The translations under genes and the position numbers were made by a program. The notes below the pieces were generated by a model. It saw only the letters and a program-made list of their open reading frames with translations, did no database searches and was not told the origin of the DNA. 64,000 bases of DNA from Bacillota bacterium (GTDB lineage: Bacteria > Bacillota > Sulfobacillia > Fermentithermobacillales > Fermentithermobacillaceae): assembly GCA_040880305.1 (NCBI GenBank), contig JBBDIP010000049.1, positions 12,676 through 76,675 of the forward strand, written 5' to 3'. This document shows, in pieces, positions 1-9,217 of this stretch; the first letter of the stretch is position 1; each line of letters starts with the position of its first letter.

Positions 1-1
1 C

Positions 2-370
2 CTTGATGAGGTCCTGTACCGCTTCCTGGACTCCCGGTACGATTTCCTGCCCGTCATCTCAGACGGGCGGTTCATCGGCATCGTAACCAGGAACGCCATG
101 CTCAGCGCCTTCATCAAGGGCATGGGGCTGAACAAGCGCGCCCACAAGATCGCCGTCTTGGTCAACGACTTCAAGGGCACCTTGGCCAAACTGACCAACC
201 TGATCTCGAACCAGGACGCCGACATCCTTGGCATCGTCTCATTTGATCCAGAGATCATGAACCTGAAGTTCGTGGAGATAAGCGTGCGCACCGAGCACTT
301 CAAGAATCTCGTGGATATCCTTGAACTAAACGGGTTCAGCGTGTGCGAAAGCCGGATGGCCGTAGTCTAG
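2..370 (+). CDS. CBS-domain / ACT-like regulatory protein, 5'-truncated by the window edge
   Basis: The frame of ORF 98..370 stays open back to nt 2. The upstream part ...FLPVISDGRFIGIVTRNAM looks like the end of a CBS domain. The C-terminal ~80 aa resembles an ACT-type fold (AcuB-like architecture). Family-level recall only. Confidence 0.55.
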   Translation, partial: LDEVLYRFLDSRYDFLPVISDGRFIGIVTRNAMLSAFIKGMGLNKRAHKIAVLVNDFKGTLAKLTNLISNQDADILGIVSFDPEIMNLKFVEISVRTEHFKNLVDILELNGFSVCESRMAVV

Positions 371-373
371 CCG

Positions 374-904
374 CTAGCCCAGCAGCATCTTCCACATGAG
401 GAACCCGACAAGAAACCCGCACGCGTCCCCTATCAGACACGACATGAGGGCGCGGCGGGTTCTTCTCACCCCAATCGACCCGAAATACAGCGTGACCACG
501 TAGAACGTCGTGTCGGTAGCTCCTTGAAGGATGGAGGCCAGCAACCCCATAGGCGAGTCCGGCCCGTAGGTGCGCAGTAAGTCTCCCGTGACCGCCAATG
601 CCCCGCTACCGCTTATGGGGCGGACCGCGATAAGCGGGATTATGTCTGCCGGCACTCCCAGAGGCCTTAGGATGAAGGCCAGCCCCCGGGACAGATAGTC
701 CAGCGCCCCTCCGCCTCGGAAGCAGGAAATGCCGACGAAGATGGCCACCATGTAAGGGAGCGCGGAAACGACTACCTTGAGGCCCTCTTCCGCTCCCCCA
801 ACGAAAGTCTCGTAGACTGGGATCCCTTTCAGGTACGCGTAGACCGGCACGCCCAGGAGCAGCGCGGGGAACACGTAAGTCCCTACTGCGGCCAAGAGGT
901 GCAC
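374..904 (-). CDS. spmB: spore maturation protein B (nucleoside-recognition/Gate-domain membrane protein)
   Basis: 176 aa. Colinear by eye with B. subtilis SpmB (..VPVYE.F..G..EG......LPY..A......FR..GALD.., ..YGPDS..G.LAS..QG.TDTT.YV.T.YFG..G). Directly downstream of spmA. Confidence 0.85.
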   Translation of the reverse strand: MHLLAAVGTYVFPALLLGVPVYAYLKGIPVYETFVGGAEEGLKVVVSALPYMVAIFVGISCFRGGGALDYLSRGLAFILRPLGVPADIIPLIAVRPISGSGALAVTGDLLRTYGPDSPMGLLASILQGATDTTFYVVTLYFGSIGVRRTRRALMSCLIGDACGFLVGFLMWKMLLG

Positions 905-910
905 CCCGCG

Positions 911-1552
911 TCACCTCCCCCCAAAAGGGCGGCGCTGGCGCGAGGGGCGGGTCGGGTCCAGCGGGCTGGCCGGACGTCCCAGGTTACTCAGGCGGCCTAT
1001 CAGCCGATATGCGAGGAGTCCTCCGGCTGTCGCTGCGAGCCCGGCCACGGCGGTCGGGCCGGCTGTGAGGGCAGGCGCCCTAGATCCTAACGCTGCCCGA
1101 AGAGCGATAATTGTAGACGGGAAAAGGCAGAACCCCGCGGCGTTGATGATCACCAGGGCAGACATGGAGTCTACGCCCCTGTCGCCCTCCCCCAGCGCAT
1201 CCTTCATCTCCGACATGGCTTTCAAACCCAGGGGAGTCGACGAGCTGAGGCCCAGGGCATTGGACAGAACCGACGCTGTGACAGTACCAAGCGGCTTCGC
1301 CTTGCCCCTAAGGTGGGGAAACAGCGCTCCGAAGAGGGGCGCAAGGGCCCTGGCCAGGGCGTCAATTAGCCCTGACTTCTCGGCCAGCCGCTCAATGCCC
1401 ATCCACAGGCAGAACATCCCGGCAAGGCCGATCATGAGTTCCACCGCCTGCTGGGCCCCTTCCAGAACCGCCGCCATCATCGCCTCCACTCGCCCAGTCA
1501 GAAGCGCGGTGAGGCAGCCTGCGGCTACCATGAGGATCCAAACGAAGTTCAT
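911..1552 (-). CDS. spmA: spore maturation protein A
   Basis: Track ORF 911..1597 trimmed to Met16 (MNFVWILMV...), the typical SpmA N-terminus. Gate-domain membrane protein, paired with spmB. Confidence 0.82.
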   Translation of the reverse strand: MNFVWILMVAAGCLTALLTGRVEAMMAAVLEGAQQAVELMIGLAGMFCLWMGIERLAEKSGLIDALARALAPLFGALFPHLRGKAKPLGTVTASVLSNALGLSSSTPLGLKAMSEMKDALGEGDRGVDSMSALVIINAAGFCLFPSTIIALRAALGSRAPALTAGPTAVAGLAATAGGLLAYRLIGRLSNLGRPASPLDPTRPSRQRRPFGGR

Positions 1553-1627
1553 AGAAAATAGGTATGTCTGGGCGAGGCGGGGTATCTCTGAGGACACTAA
1601 ACCCCCAAAAAGCCGACAACGTCGATG

Positions 1628-1652
1628 CCAGTGCCCACCTCGTGGGCACTGG
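1628..1652 (-). terminator. perfect 11-bp stem / 3-nt loop hairpin downstream of the SASP gene
   Basis: CCAGTGCCCAC-ctc-GTGGGCACTGG. On the minus strand it is followed by a short CGAC-gtt-GTCG hairpin and GCTTTTTGGGGG. Possibly the second part of a tandem terminator. Confidence 0.35.
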
Positions 1653-1680
1653 AACTCTTTCGGAGGCCTCGAAATGACAT

Positions 1681-1700
1681 CCCCCCGGTCTCCCGGGGGG
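1681..1700 (-). terminator. GC hairpin 6 nt after the SASP stop codon
   Basis: CCCCCCGG-tctc-CCGGGGGG. On the minus strand it is followed by ATGTCATTTCG, only a weak U-tract. Confidence 0.45.
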
Positions 1701-1706
1701 AGTTTG

Positions 1707-2042
1707 CTACCGCCAGTTTGGGTCCTCGGCCATGTGGGCCTCGGCGTACTCGATCATCCTCTTGACCATTTGGCCGCCTAGGCGGCCTCCAAGTTGTCCG
1801 CCTATCCTGCCGCACTCCCTGGAGGTCATGTTACCCCAGCCCACGGTCTGGATCTTGTCGAGCAGACCGAGTTCGTCAGCCACCTCGTACTTCATCCGAT
1901 CAAGGTTGTTCTCGAACTGGTCTTCCGAGACCGCGTCACCTGATCCCTGGACATATCCTAACTCCTGGGCGACTTCGTACTTCAGCCTGTCAAGTGCCCT
2001 TGCTGTCTCTCGATCGACCGGTCTTTTCCGTCGTCTCCCCAA
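1707..2042 (-). CDS. alpha/beta-type small acid-soluble spore protein with a duplicated N-terminal helix
   Basis: Carries LDRLKYEVAQELG and again LDRMKYEVADELG, then the SASP core ..TSRECGRIGGQLGG..GGQMVKRMIEYAE. 111 aa, versus the usual 60-75 aa. Confidence 0.85.
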   Translation of the reverse strand: MGRRRKRPVDRETARALDRLKYEVAQELGYVQGSGDAVSEDQFENNLDRMKYEVADELGLLDKIQTVGWGNMTSRECGRIGGQLGGRLGGQMVKRMIEYAEAHMAEDPNWR

Positions 2043-2069
2043 AGAAGGATCCCTCCTCGGGGCGGTAGC

Positions 2070-2996
2070 CTATTTATGTTTCCCAGCTACAGCCGCCGAT
2101 AGAAGGGGATCTATGTTCTGCCTTGTCGTGAGGACAGGCCCAAACAGGTCGCCGGCTGCGGAAATCCGGGCAGGGGCGGTCTCAATATTCCACGATTTGG
2201 GATGCACGCTGTCAAGTTCGTCCCAGGTCACAGGCATCGAGACCGGCGCGCCGGGTGTGGCTCGGACACCGTAGACCGAGGAGATGGTCTGCCCCCTGGC
2301 GTTTTGAGGATAGTCGATGTAGACGCGCCCTGTCCTATCCCTGACCTTTCGCTCCAGAGTGATTTTCTCGGGATAAGCGTCGCGGATGAACCGGGCCCCG
2401 TACTTCACGAAGGAGGATATCTCCTGGTAGGAGTACTTTGGCTCCACCGGCACGTAAATGTGGAGGCCCGTCGCGCCGGAGACCTTGGGGAATCCGAGCA
2501 GCCCCCACTGGTCGAGCAGGCTCTTGACGACGCGCGCAACGACTTTCACGTCGTCCCAGGTGGTACCCTCGGAAGGATCGATGTCGAACACGGCGAAGTC
2601 GGGGCAATCCGGGTTGTCGTAGCGCGATAGCCAGGGGTTCACCTCCACCACGCCCGAATTGGCCATCCACACCAGCGTTTCGACGTTGTCGCAGAGGATG
2701 AAGTTGATGTAAGTGCCTCTGTCCTTTGACAAAAGGGGCGCGAGACGCACCCACTCGGGCATGCCAAGCGGGGCGTCCTTCTGGTAGAAACCTTTTTCCC
2801 CGGTCCCGCCGGGGAAGCGCACAAGGGAAAGCGGCCTGTCCTTGAGGTGAGGGAGCAGGACCGGGGCCATCGCCGCGTAGTAGTCGATGAGGTCGCCCTT
2901 GGTGAAAGAGTCAGCCGGCCAATAGACCTTGTCCAGGTGGGTGAGCTGGACGTCCCTCCCCCCCACCCGCACCACAACCGCGCCTTTACCCGGCAT
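2070..2996 (-). CDS. ligD: LigD polymerase/primase-domain protein (NHEJ)
   Basis: 308 aa. N-terminus ..VQLTHLDKVYWP..FTKGDLIDYY.. is typical of stand-alone LigD Pol domains. Overlaps the ligase gene by 11 nt, downstream of ku. Confidence 0.85.
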   Translation of the reverse strand: MPGKGAVVVRVGGRDVQLTHLDKVYWPADSFTKGDLIDYYAAMAPVLLPHLKDRPLSLVRFPGGTGEKGFYQKDAPLGMPEWVRLAPLLSKDRGTYINFILCDNVETLVWMANSGVVEVNPWLSRYDNPDCPDFAVFDIDPSEGTTWDDVKVVARVVKSLLDQWGLLGFPKVSGATGLHIYVPVEPKYSYQEISSFVKYGARFIRDAYPEKITLERKVRDRTGRVYIDYPQNARGQTISSVYGVRATPGAPVSMPVTWDELDSVHPKSWNIETAPARISAAGDLFGPVLTTRQNIDPLLSAAVAGKHK

Positions 2997-3864
2997 GCGT
3001 CGTCACGACCTCTCTTAGGACGGGGTGGCGCAAGCGCCCGTCGGGAGTCATTTCGGTGAAGTCCACTTCCACCCCGTAAAACGGTTCCACCCAGCGAATC
3101 TGCCGCACCTCCGCCTTGGAGGGCAAGGCGGCGACGCCGGCAGGCGGTCCCGCGGAATCCAGCGGGCGAAGGCTCTCCAGCAGCAGTTTCTCGTAGTCGC
3201 GGTTGAGCCCCGACGATACGCGCCCCACGACTCTAAAGCCATCGCTCACCTTCTCGGCCGCCACCAGCGACCCCAACAGCCGGCCCGGCGACGGCAGGTA
3301 GCCGACCACCCAAAAAGTCCCCTCGTGCAGGTTCTTGAGCTTGAGCCAGTCGGTCGTCCGCTGGCCGGGGAAGTAAAGGCTGTCCCTCCGCTTAGCCATT
3401 ACGCCTTCCATGTCCTGCTCTTTTGCCCAGGAAAACAGCGCCCTGCCTTCCGCCTCGACCGTCTGGGATAGGATGGCGGACCCGCCCCAGGACATGCAGT
3501 CCGACAGCGCATCCTTGCGACCGTGCAGGGGCAACTCCAGCAAGGACCCGCCGTCCAGCCAGAGGACGTCGAACGCCACGAACAGCACGGAATCGGGGCA
3601 TGTCCGGAGGTAGGAAAAGTCGACCTTGCCGCCTTTCATGGCCACGATCTCGCCATCGAGCAGGACTTCCCTGCTCCGGAGGGCGGGCGCCATCGAAGAC
3701 AGGACCGGGAACTTGGGCAGAAGCGGCTTGCCGTTACGCGAGTCCAGGTAGAGACCCTGGGGACTGATATAGGCCAGACACCGGTACCCATCCCACTTCA
3801 GCTCGAACAGCCAATCGTCGCCGTCGAAGGGGCTGGGCGCAGCGCTGGCCAGCATAGGGCTCAT
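2986..3864 (-). CDS. ligD: ATP-dependent DNA ligase (LigD ligase domain)
   Basis: Track ORF 2986..4014 trimmed to Met51 (MSPMLAS..), 23 nt after the ku stop. Adenylation motif ELKWDGYR (KxDG). OB-fold-like C-terminal part. Confidence 0.85.
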   Translation of the reverse strand: MSPMLASAAPSPFDGDDWLFELKWDGYRCLAYISPQGLYLDSRNGKPLLPKFPVLSSMAPALRSREVLLDGEIVAMKGGKVDFSYLRTCPDSVLFVAFDVLWLDGGSLLELPLHGRKDALSDCMSWGGSAILSQTVEAEGRALFSWAKEQDMEGVMAKRRDSLYFPGQRTTDWLKLKNLHEGTFWVVGYLPSPGRLLGSLVAAEKVSDGFRVVGRVSSGLNRDYEKLLLESLRPLDSAGPPAGVAALPSKAEVRQIRWVEPFYGVEVDFTEMTPDGRLRHPVLREVVTTHAG

Positions 3865-3886
3865 CCTGGGGATACCCAGGATAGCC

Positions 3887-4732
3887 TCACCCGCCCGGAG
3901 GCGGGGACGGTCCTGCTTCAACCTGGTTCTCGCCGGCGGTCTTCCGGCGCCTGGGAGGCTTCTTCTCGGACTTGGCCTTCTCGACGCTCTTCCGAAGGGC
4001 CACCATGAGGTCAATGACCTGGAACGCGGCCTCGGGCTGTTTCACAATCTGCCTGCCCTGGACCTTTCGTTGGATCAGGTCAGCCACCGCCTCTCTTTGG
4101 CGGTTGTGGTACTTGGACGGGTCGAAGCCTGTCGAGAGAGCCTCGATTAGAGTACGAGCCATGGCCTGCTCGCGGGCTCCGAGTTCGGTTTTGGCGCTTA
4201 CCCGAAGCTCTTCTCCGGAGCGGACCTCGTCTGCCCAAAACATGGTCTCCAGCATGATGTACTTGTCACCGTAGGCCCGCACGACGGCCAGCGTCTCCTT
4301 GGCGCGTATGGCCACCCTGGCCAGGGCCACTTTGCCTTCTTCCTTCATGGACCCCAAGAGCAGCGAATACGCCTTCTCGGCGCCTTCTCGCGGCTCAAGA
4401 TAGAAACTCTTCTCGTAGTACACGGGATCGACGTCGGAGAGCTTCACGAAATCCAGAATCTCGATGGCGTGGGCGTCGGGGCCCGGGATAGCCTCCATCT
4501 CCTCCTCGCTCACCACCACGTGCTCGCCTTTTTGGTACTCGTACGCCTTCACTATCTCCGCGGGGGGCAGCTCCTTCTCGCAGTGAGGACACCACTTCAT
4601 GTACTTTACGGGCGTGTGGCACTCCTCATGGATAAGGTGGAACGACACCGACTTGCGCTCGGTGGCGGCGTAGAGCCTGACAGGTATGGCTACCAGGCCA
4701 AATGTGAGAGTCCCGTTCCACAGCGGGCGCAT
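3887..4732 (-). CDS. ku: Ku protein (non-homologous end joining)
   Basis: N-terminus MRPLWNGTLTFGLVAIPVRLYAATE is the canonical bacterial Ku start. Basic C-terminal tail. Confidence 0.9.
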   Translation of the reverse strand: MRPLWNGTLTFGLVAIPVRLYAATERKSVSFHLIHEECHTPVKYMKWCPHCEKELPPAEIVKAYEYQKGEHVVVSEEEMEAIPGPDAHAIEILDFVKLSDVDPVYYEKSFYLEPREGAEKAYSLLLGSMKEEGKVALARVAIRAKETLAVVRAYGDKYIMLETMFWADEVRSGEELRVSAKTELGAREQAMARTLIEALSTGFDPSKYHNRQREAVADLIQRKVQGRQIVKQPEAAFQVIDLMVALRKSVEKAKSEKKPPRRRKTAGENQVEAGPSPPPGG

Positions 4733-4734
4733 GG

Positions 4735-5211
4735 CTACTCCCCGTCGTCTTCGCGCTTCTCGCGCCCGTGGTTTTCCCGCTCCTCGCGGCGGTGTTCGAA
4801 TACCTCGGCGAACCTATCCACTATCTCGGGCGCTTCCTCAAGCAACCGGTCCAAGAGCGCCCTGCTGTCCACCGGCAGGAACCTGACTTTTCGCTCTCCG
4901 ACCACCAAAAACCCGACTGGCCTGACCGAAACCCCTGCGCCCGTGCCGCCGGTAAACGGCATCGACCCAGAGGGCAACTGCGACTGCGACTGCTCTTCAC
5001 CTTCCTGCACGGGTTCGCTCTGCCCGCCTTCGCCCGCAACAGCTTCGTCGCCACCGCCGGTCACGAACCCAAATGACACCCTGGAGACAGGGATTATCAC
5101 AGTCCCTTCCTTGGTCTCCACCGGTTCGCCGACCACGGTATTAACGTCGACCATGTCCTTCAGGCTGTCCATAGTCGTCCTCATCAGGCTCTCGATCGGA
5201 TGATAGCCCAT
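4735..5211 (-). CDS. ytfJ: sporulation protein YtfJ (GerW family)
   Basis: ..VNTVVGEPVETKEGTVIIPVSRVSFGFVTGGG.. and ..GGTGAGVSVRPVGFLVV.. are typical YtfJ/GerW motifs. Confidence 0.85.
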   Translation of the reverse strand: MGYHPIESLMRTTMDSLKDMVDVNTVVGEPVETKEGTVIIPVSRVSFGFVTGGGDEAVAGEGGQSEPVQEGEEQSQSQLPSGSMPFTGGTGAGVSVRPVGFLVVGERKVRFLPVDSRALLDRLLEEAPEIVDRFAEVFEHRREERENHGREKREDDGE

Positions 5212-5246
5212 GAATGCAGACCTCCAATCTTGCTCGTCCTCACGCT

Positions 5247-5921
5247 TTAGTATTCCAAATCGGGGACTTTGACACGACGCTTCGCGCCAACCGCTTTAAC
5301 TTTGCGGAACTGCCGGTAGAGACGGTATGCGACCAGTATCGTCCTCCAGGGAGCGATCGAAGCGGCAAGCTGGACCTCGGCGGAGGCCGTCGTCCGGTCG
5401 TATACAGGGGTGATGCGGAAAGCGGGGCGCTGTCGAAAACGGATACCCTTTCGCTGCGCGGTCGTGATGGCGATCCCGGCCGCCGCTCCCAAGGCGCCCG
5501 TCAACAACGCGGTATCGCACGCATCGCCGGTGCCGACCCTGCCGTGGAAGCGGAGCTCCTCGACCACAATTGCGCGTGCCAGATACGACAGCGACTCCGC
5601 GATCTTTGGGTAGTAATCCATGAGCATCTCGAAAGCCCTTCGCAGGGTATCGATGCGCGACCAGATGCTTTCCTGCGGACCTTCCCGTTCAGGCGGAGAT
5701 CTTGGCGCGGTCGTCGCTTTCGGGTCAGGCCGCCGCCGGCCGCCGAAGTCGGGAAGAGCCACGTACCAGGGGATCAAGGGCAGACGGATGCTCGCCCGGT
5801 AGTGGGCCCGGCCGGGCGCGAACTCGCCGTGGAACCGGAACCGCACCGGGAGCAGCACATTGAACGCAAGCAAGAAGATAGCGACCAGCAGCGCTAGCAG
5901 GATGACCACGAAGACGCCCAC
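5247..5921 (-). CDS. DUF2953 family protein (YtfI-like)
   Basis: N-terminal TM segment, then an R/P-rich body. Sits immediately upstream of ytfJ, as ytfI does in B. subtilis. Family recall plus synteny. Confidence 0.6.
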   Translation of the reverse strand: MGVFVVILLALLVAIFLLAFNVLLPVRFRFHGEFAPGRAHYRASIRLPLIPWYVALPDFGGRRRPDPKATTAPRSPPEREGPQESIWSRIDTLRRAFEMLMDYYPKIAESLSYLARAIVVEELRFHGRVGTGDACDTALLTGALGAAAGIAITTAQRKGIRFRQRPAFRITPVYDRTTASAEVQLAASIAPWRTILVAYRLYRQFRKVKAVGAKRRVKVPDLEY

Positions 5922-5999
5922 CTTGGAAGCTCCTTGCGCCGAAACCGTAGGGTCGCTCCCAGTATGCTTCCAGGTACGGTTGCCTAGTCAGGGGCGGTA

Positions 6000-6536
6000 C
6001 TAGGGGTCCGGGAGAAGTTTCCTCTCGGCGTCCTTTTCCGATCCGCCGTCGAGCGGGGGTAAATCCTCGATTGAGTTGAGACCGGCTTTCCTGAGGAATT
6101 CATCTGTGGTGCCATAAAGTTTGGGCCTGCCCAGGGTCTTCTTTCGCCCCACTTCGCGGATGAGGCCTTTCTCCAAGAGGGTCTCCAGGCTGGCCTCGGG
6201 GTTCACGCCCCTGGCGGTCTCGATGTCCTGCCTGGTGACGGGCTGCCTGTAGGCCACGACAGCCAGTGTCTCCATGGTGCCTCTAGACAGCGAGAGCGGC
6301 ACTCTCCTCGACAGGGTCTTCTCGATCTGCTCTGCGTACTCAGGCCTGGTCACGAACACAAAGCCGCCGGATACCCGCTGCAGCATGACCCCGTGGTCAG
6401 CGTACTCCCGCTCAAGTGTGGTGACAGCGGCCAGAACGTCGAGCTCTCCCAGCTCCAGGGCATCGACCAGCTTCTGAAGGGGTACGGGCTCATCCGATGA
6501 GAACAGAATTGCCTCCAAGAGGGCGGGAAGGTTCAT
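6000..6536 (-). CDS. scpB: segregation and condensation protein B
   Basis: LEAILFSSDEPVPLQKL..., ...GFVFVTRPEY..., ..LETLAVVAYRQPVTRQDIE..RGV.. are classic ScpB winged-helix repeats. Confidence 0.9.
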   Translation of the reverse strand: MNLPALLEAILFSSDEPVPLQKLVDALELGELDVLAAVTTLEREYADHGVMLQRVSGGFVFVTRPEYAEQIEKTLSRRVPLSLSRGTMETLAVVAYRQPVTRQDIETARGVNPEASLETLLEKGLIREVGRKKTLGRPKLYGTTDEFLRKAGLNSIEDLPPLDGGSEKDAERKLLPDP

Positions 6537-7237
6537 GGTTCGCTATTATCCTCCCGGTTCACGGTGTCTTGGGTAGTCGAGAACTCGATGTCGCCAAAGA
6601 GCTCCTTTTGGCGAGCATAGAGCCTTCTCCTCTTTATGAGTTCGAGGAAGGCCAAAAAGTTCAGGATCGTTTCCTGCCTGGTCTTGCCGAGGAAACGGGA
6701 AAACCGCAGGATAGCGCCACTGGCGGTCAGCCGCCTGACCTCCCGCCAGAAGTCCCTCAGGTGGGTGACAAAGCTGAGTCTTGGCACAAGCAGGACTCTG
6801 TCAGTTGGGCTTGTCCGCTTTTGTGTCGTAATCAGGGCGTCGCGGACGGCGGTCGGGTCGATGTTCACAACCAGGAGGCGGCGGCCGCCTTCGTAGGAAG
6901 GCGAGTATCCGCGGCTAAACGTGCGGGCGACGCCCTTCATCTCTTCCCCGACCGCCCGCGCGGCGGCGTCGACCTCCCACCGCTCCATCACTGCAGTGGC
7001 TGTGGCGCTGACAAGGTCTTCGGCCCCGCCCATGATCTCCTCCGCTTCCTCGGCTTGCTCCCGCTCTGGCCTGGTGTTGGGAAGGAGCCACCTGAGTTTT
7101 TGGACCACCAACTCCGACGCGTAGGACAGGGTCTTCACCGACTCCTCAAGGGGGATTTCCCGCGCCTCAACCCTCTGGCGGAACCGCCTGAACAGGGGCG
7201 ACAGCTGAAGCACGTTCATCATGGCCAGGAGCTTCAT
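6533..7237 (-). CDS. scpA: segregation and condensation protein A
   Basis: C-terminus ..ETILNFLAFLELIKRRRLYARQKELFGDIE matches the ScpA winged helix. 4-nt overlap with scpB. Confidence 0.8.
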   Translation of the reverse strand: MKLLAMMNVLQLSPLFRRFRQRVEAREIPLEESVKTLSYASELVVQKLRWLLPNTRPEREQAEEAEEIMGGAEDLVSATATAVMERWEVDAAARAVGEEMKGVARTFSRGYSPSYEGGRRLLVVNIDPTAVRDALITTQKRTSPTDRVLLVPRLSFVTHLRDFWREVRRLTASGAILRFSRFLGKTRQETILNFLAFLELIKRRRLYARQKELFGDIEFSTTQDTVNREDNSEP

Positions 7238-7890
7238 CCGAGCCTCACGGGAAACAAGAGCAGAGAGAGGGCTCCCGCCAATCCCTGCGCAAACCGTATG
7301 AGCACGTTCAGCATAGGCGACATAATTGCGGAGATGACTCCAGTGGAAAGCAGCACAACAAGGATGACAAACCCGTAACGCTCCAGGTTATTCCACATCC
7401 CGGCCATAGACGGCGGCAGGAAGAATGCCAGGATGCGCGACCCGTCCAGGGGCGGGATGGGGATCAAGTTGAACACTCCCAGCCCTGCGTTAATGAAGGC
7501 GGCTTCCTGGATCATATTAGGCACATAGAACCACCTTGAGCCAAAAAAGCGCACTTTGGTGGCAAGCAGAACCACCAGGACCTGCAGGACTATGAACATT
7601 ATGAAGTTGGCCAGTGGGCCGGCCAGAGCCACTTTCGCCATATCCTTGCGGGGGTTTCTCATGCGGTAGGGCTCGACAGGGACGGGACGCGCCCAGCCAA
7701 AGCCGAAAACGATGAGCATGACGGCGCCGACCAGGTCAAAATGTGCCCACGGCTCCAGGGTCATCCTACCCGCTCGCTCAGCGGTATCGTCCCCCAAGCG
7801 AAAAGCCATCCGGGCGTGGGCGTACTCGTGAACGCTGATGGCGAGGAGGAAACCGGGAATCCGTAATACCATCTGCAAGGGAGACAACAA
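7234..7890 (-). CDS. site-2 protease family (peptidase M50) membrane protein
   Basis: HEYAHA (HExxH) in the first TM region, multiple TM segments, ..NLIPIPPLDGS.. motif. Confidence 0.8.
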   Translation of the reverse strand: MLSPLQMVLRIPGFLLAISVHEYAHARMAFRLGDDTAERAGRMTLEPWAHFDLVGAVMLIVFGFGWARPVPVEPYRMRNPRKDMAKVALAGPLANFIMFIVLQVLVVLLATKVRFFGSRWFYVPNMIQEAAFINAGLGVFNLIPIPPLDGSRILAFFLPPSMAGMWNNLERYGFVILVVLLSTGVISAIMSPMLNVLIRFAQGLAGALSLLLFPVRLG

Positions 7891-7908
7891 AACCCCTCCT
7901 TCGACCTT

Positions 7909-9135
7909 CTATCTGGATCCCAGCACCAGGTCCACGCTAATCTTCTGGTTGCCGCGGAGGACGTCCAGCCTCACCTTGTCTCCGGGTTTGTGTCTCAGGA
8001 TTTCGGTCGACAGGTTGGAGCCGGTCACCTCAACCCCGTCAAGCCCGGTGACGATGTCGCCGCCGACCGGGACTTCCTGCCCGCCCGCGATCAGCGTCTT
8101 GGTGGAACCCCGCAGCCCTGCCCTCTCACCAGGCCCGCCATCCTCCAATTCCGTGACCAGAGCCCCTTTGGAGGTGGGAAGGTCCAACTGAGAAAAAGCC
8201 GTGGTGCCGAGGTCGTGGTACAGGACGTCAAGCTGCAGGTACGACACTCCCATAAAAGCCCTCGTCACCTTGCCGTTCCGGAGGATCTCCGGGACGATGG
8301 AGCCAACCACCTGCGACGGTATGGCAAAGCCGATGCCGTTGGCGGAGTCCATGATGGCGGTAACCACGCCGACCACCTCACCGCTGGAGTTCAGGAGGGG
8401 CCCGCCGCTGTTGCCCGGGTTGACCGCTGCATCGGTTTGGATGAGGTTTTCGATGGTGTAGTCGTTGACGTTGGGCTTGGTCAGGCTCTCGATGGGCATT
8501 GAGCGGTCTTTGGCGCTGATGATGCCGGTTGTGACGGTGGGCGAACGGTCAAGCCCCATGCTTGAACCGGTCGCCAGCGGACTCCCCAACACTATGGCCT
8601 TTTGGCCAACCTTGACCGCGGAATAGTCGGCCAATCTCAGAGGGTAAATCTCATCGGAAGGAGCCTCTACCTTCAAAACCGCAAGGTCGGTCAGCCTGTC
8701 GCTGCCGATGACGGTCGCCTTAAAGGACCTCCCCGATATGGTCTGCACCTCGATATCGGTGGCGTCTTCTATTACGTGGTTGTTGGTTACGACGTGTCCC
8801 TGGTTGTCCACGAAGAACCCGGAGCCGTTACCTTTTCGCGAGGCCTGAGGCGTACCGAGTGAGGTGCGGCCCGTTCGCGACGTAGAAACCTTGACCACGC
8901 CCCACTTAGCCGCGCCGAAAACCTCCACGGTGTTCTGCTCGTCCTGTATGCGCCAAACTTCTTCGTCGGACGCGCTTGGACGCGAGGAGTTTTGGGGCGC
9001 GGACAGGCCAGCGAACGAAGGTGAAAGGTCATTGCCGAACGTGGCTAGAGTTCCCAGGATGATCCCGGCAAGCGCCAGAGCAAAAAGCCAGTATTCAGGT
9101 TTTTGATAGGGGGATCTATTTTTCACAGGTCTCAC
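7909..9135 (-). CDS. HtrA/DegP-like trypsin-type serine protease with PDZ domain
   Basis: N-terminal TM anchor, VTNNHV (catalytic His), D..LAVLKV, GNSGGPLLN (catalytic Ser), C-terminal PDZ-like ..GDIVTGLDG.. Confidence 0.85.
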   Translation of the reverse strand: MRPVKNRSPYQKPEYWLFALALAGIILGTLATFGNDLSPSFAGLSAPQNSSRPSASDEEVWRIQDEQNTVEVFGAAKWGVVKVSTSRTGRTSLGTPQASRKGNGSGFFVDNQGHVVTNNHVIEDATDIEVQTISGRSFKATVIGSDRLTDLAVLKVEAPSDEIYPLRLADYSAVKVGQKAIVLGSPLATGSSMGLDRSPTVTTGIISAKDRSMPIESLTKPNVNDYTIENLIQTDAAVNPGNSGGPLLNSSGEVVGVVTAIMDSANGIGFAIPSQVVGSIVPEILRNGKVTRAFMGVSYLQLDVLYHDLGTTAFSQLDLPTSKGALVTELEDGGPGERAGLRGSTKTLIAGGQEVPVGGDIVTGLDGVEVTGSNLSTEILRHKPGDKVRLDVLRGNQKISVDLVLGSR

Positions 9136-9217
9136 TCCGGTTTCGACGCTGCCCTAAGTCTACAACGAACTTCCCTCCTTTACCAACCCTATGCTCTCGT
9201 GATCACTTTTCGACCTG

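Noticed and set aside
6533-7237. Possible N-terminal truncation of ScpA
   Set aside because: A by-eye alignment with B. subtilis ScpA suggests that only ~10 residues are missing and the helical N-domain is present. Not noteworthy.
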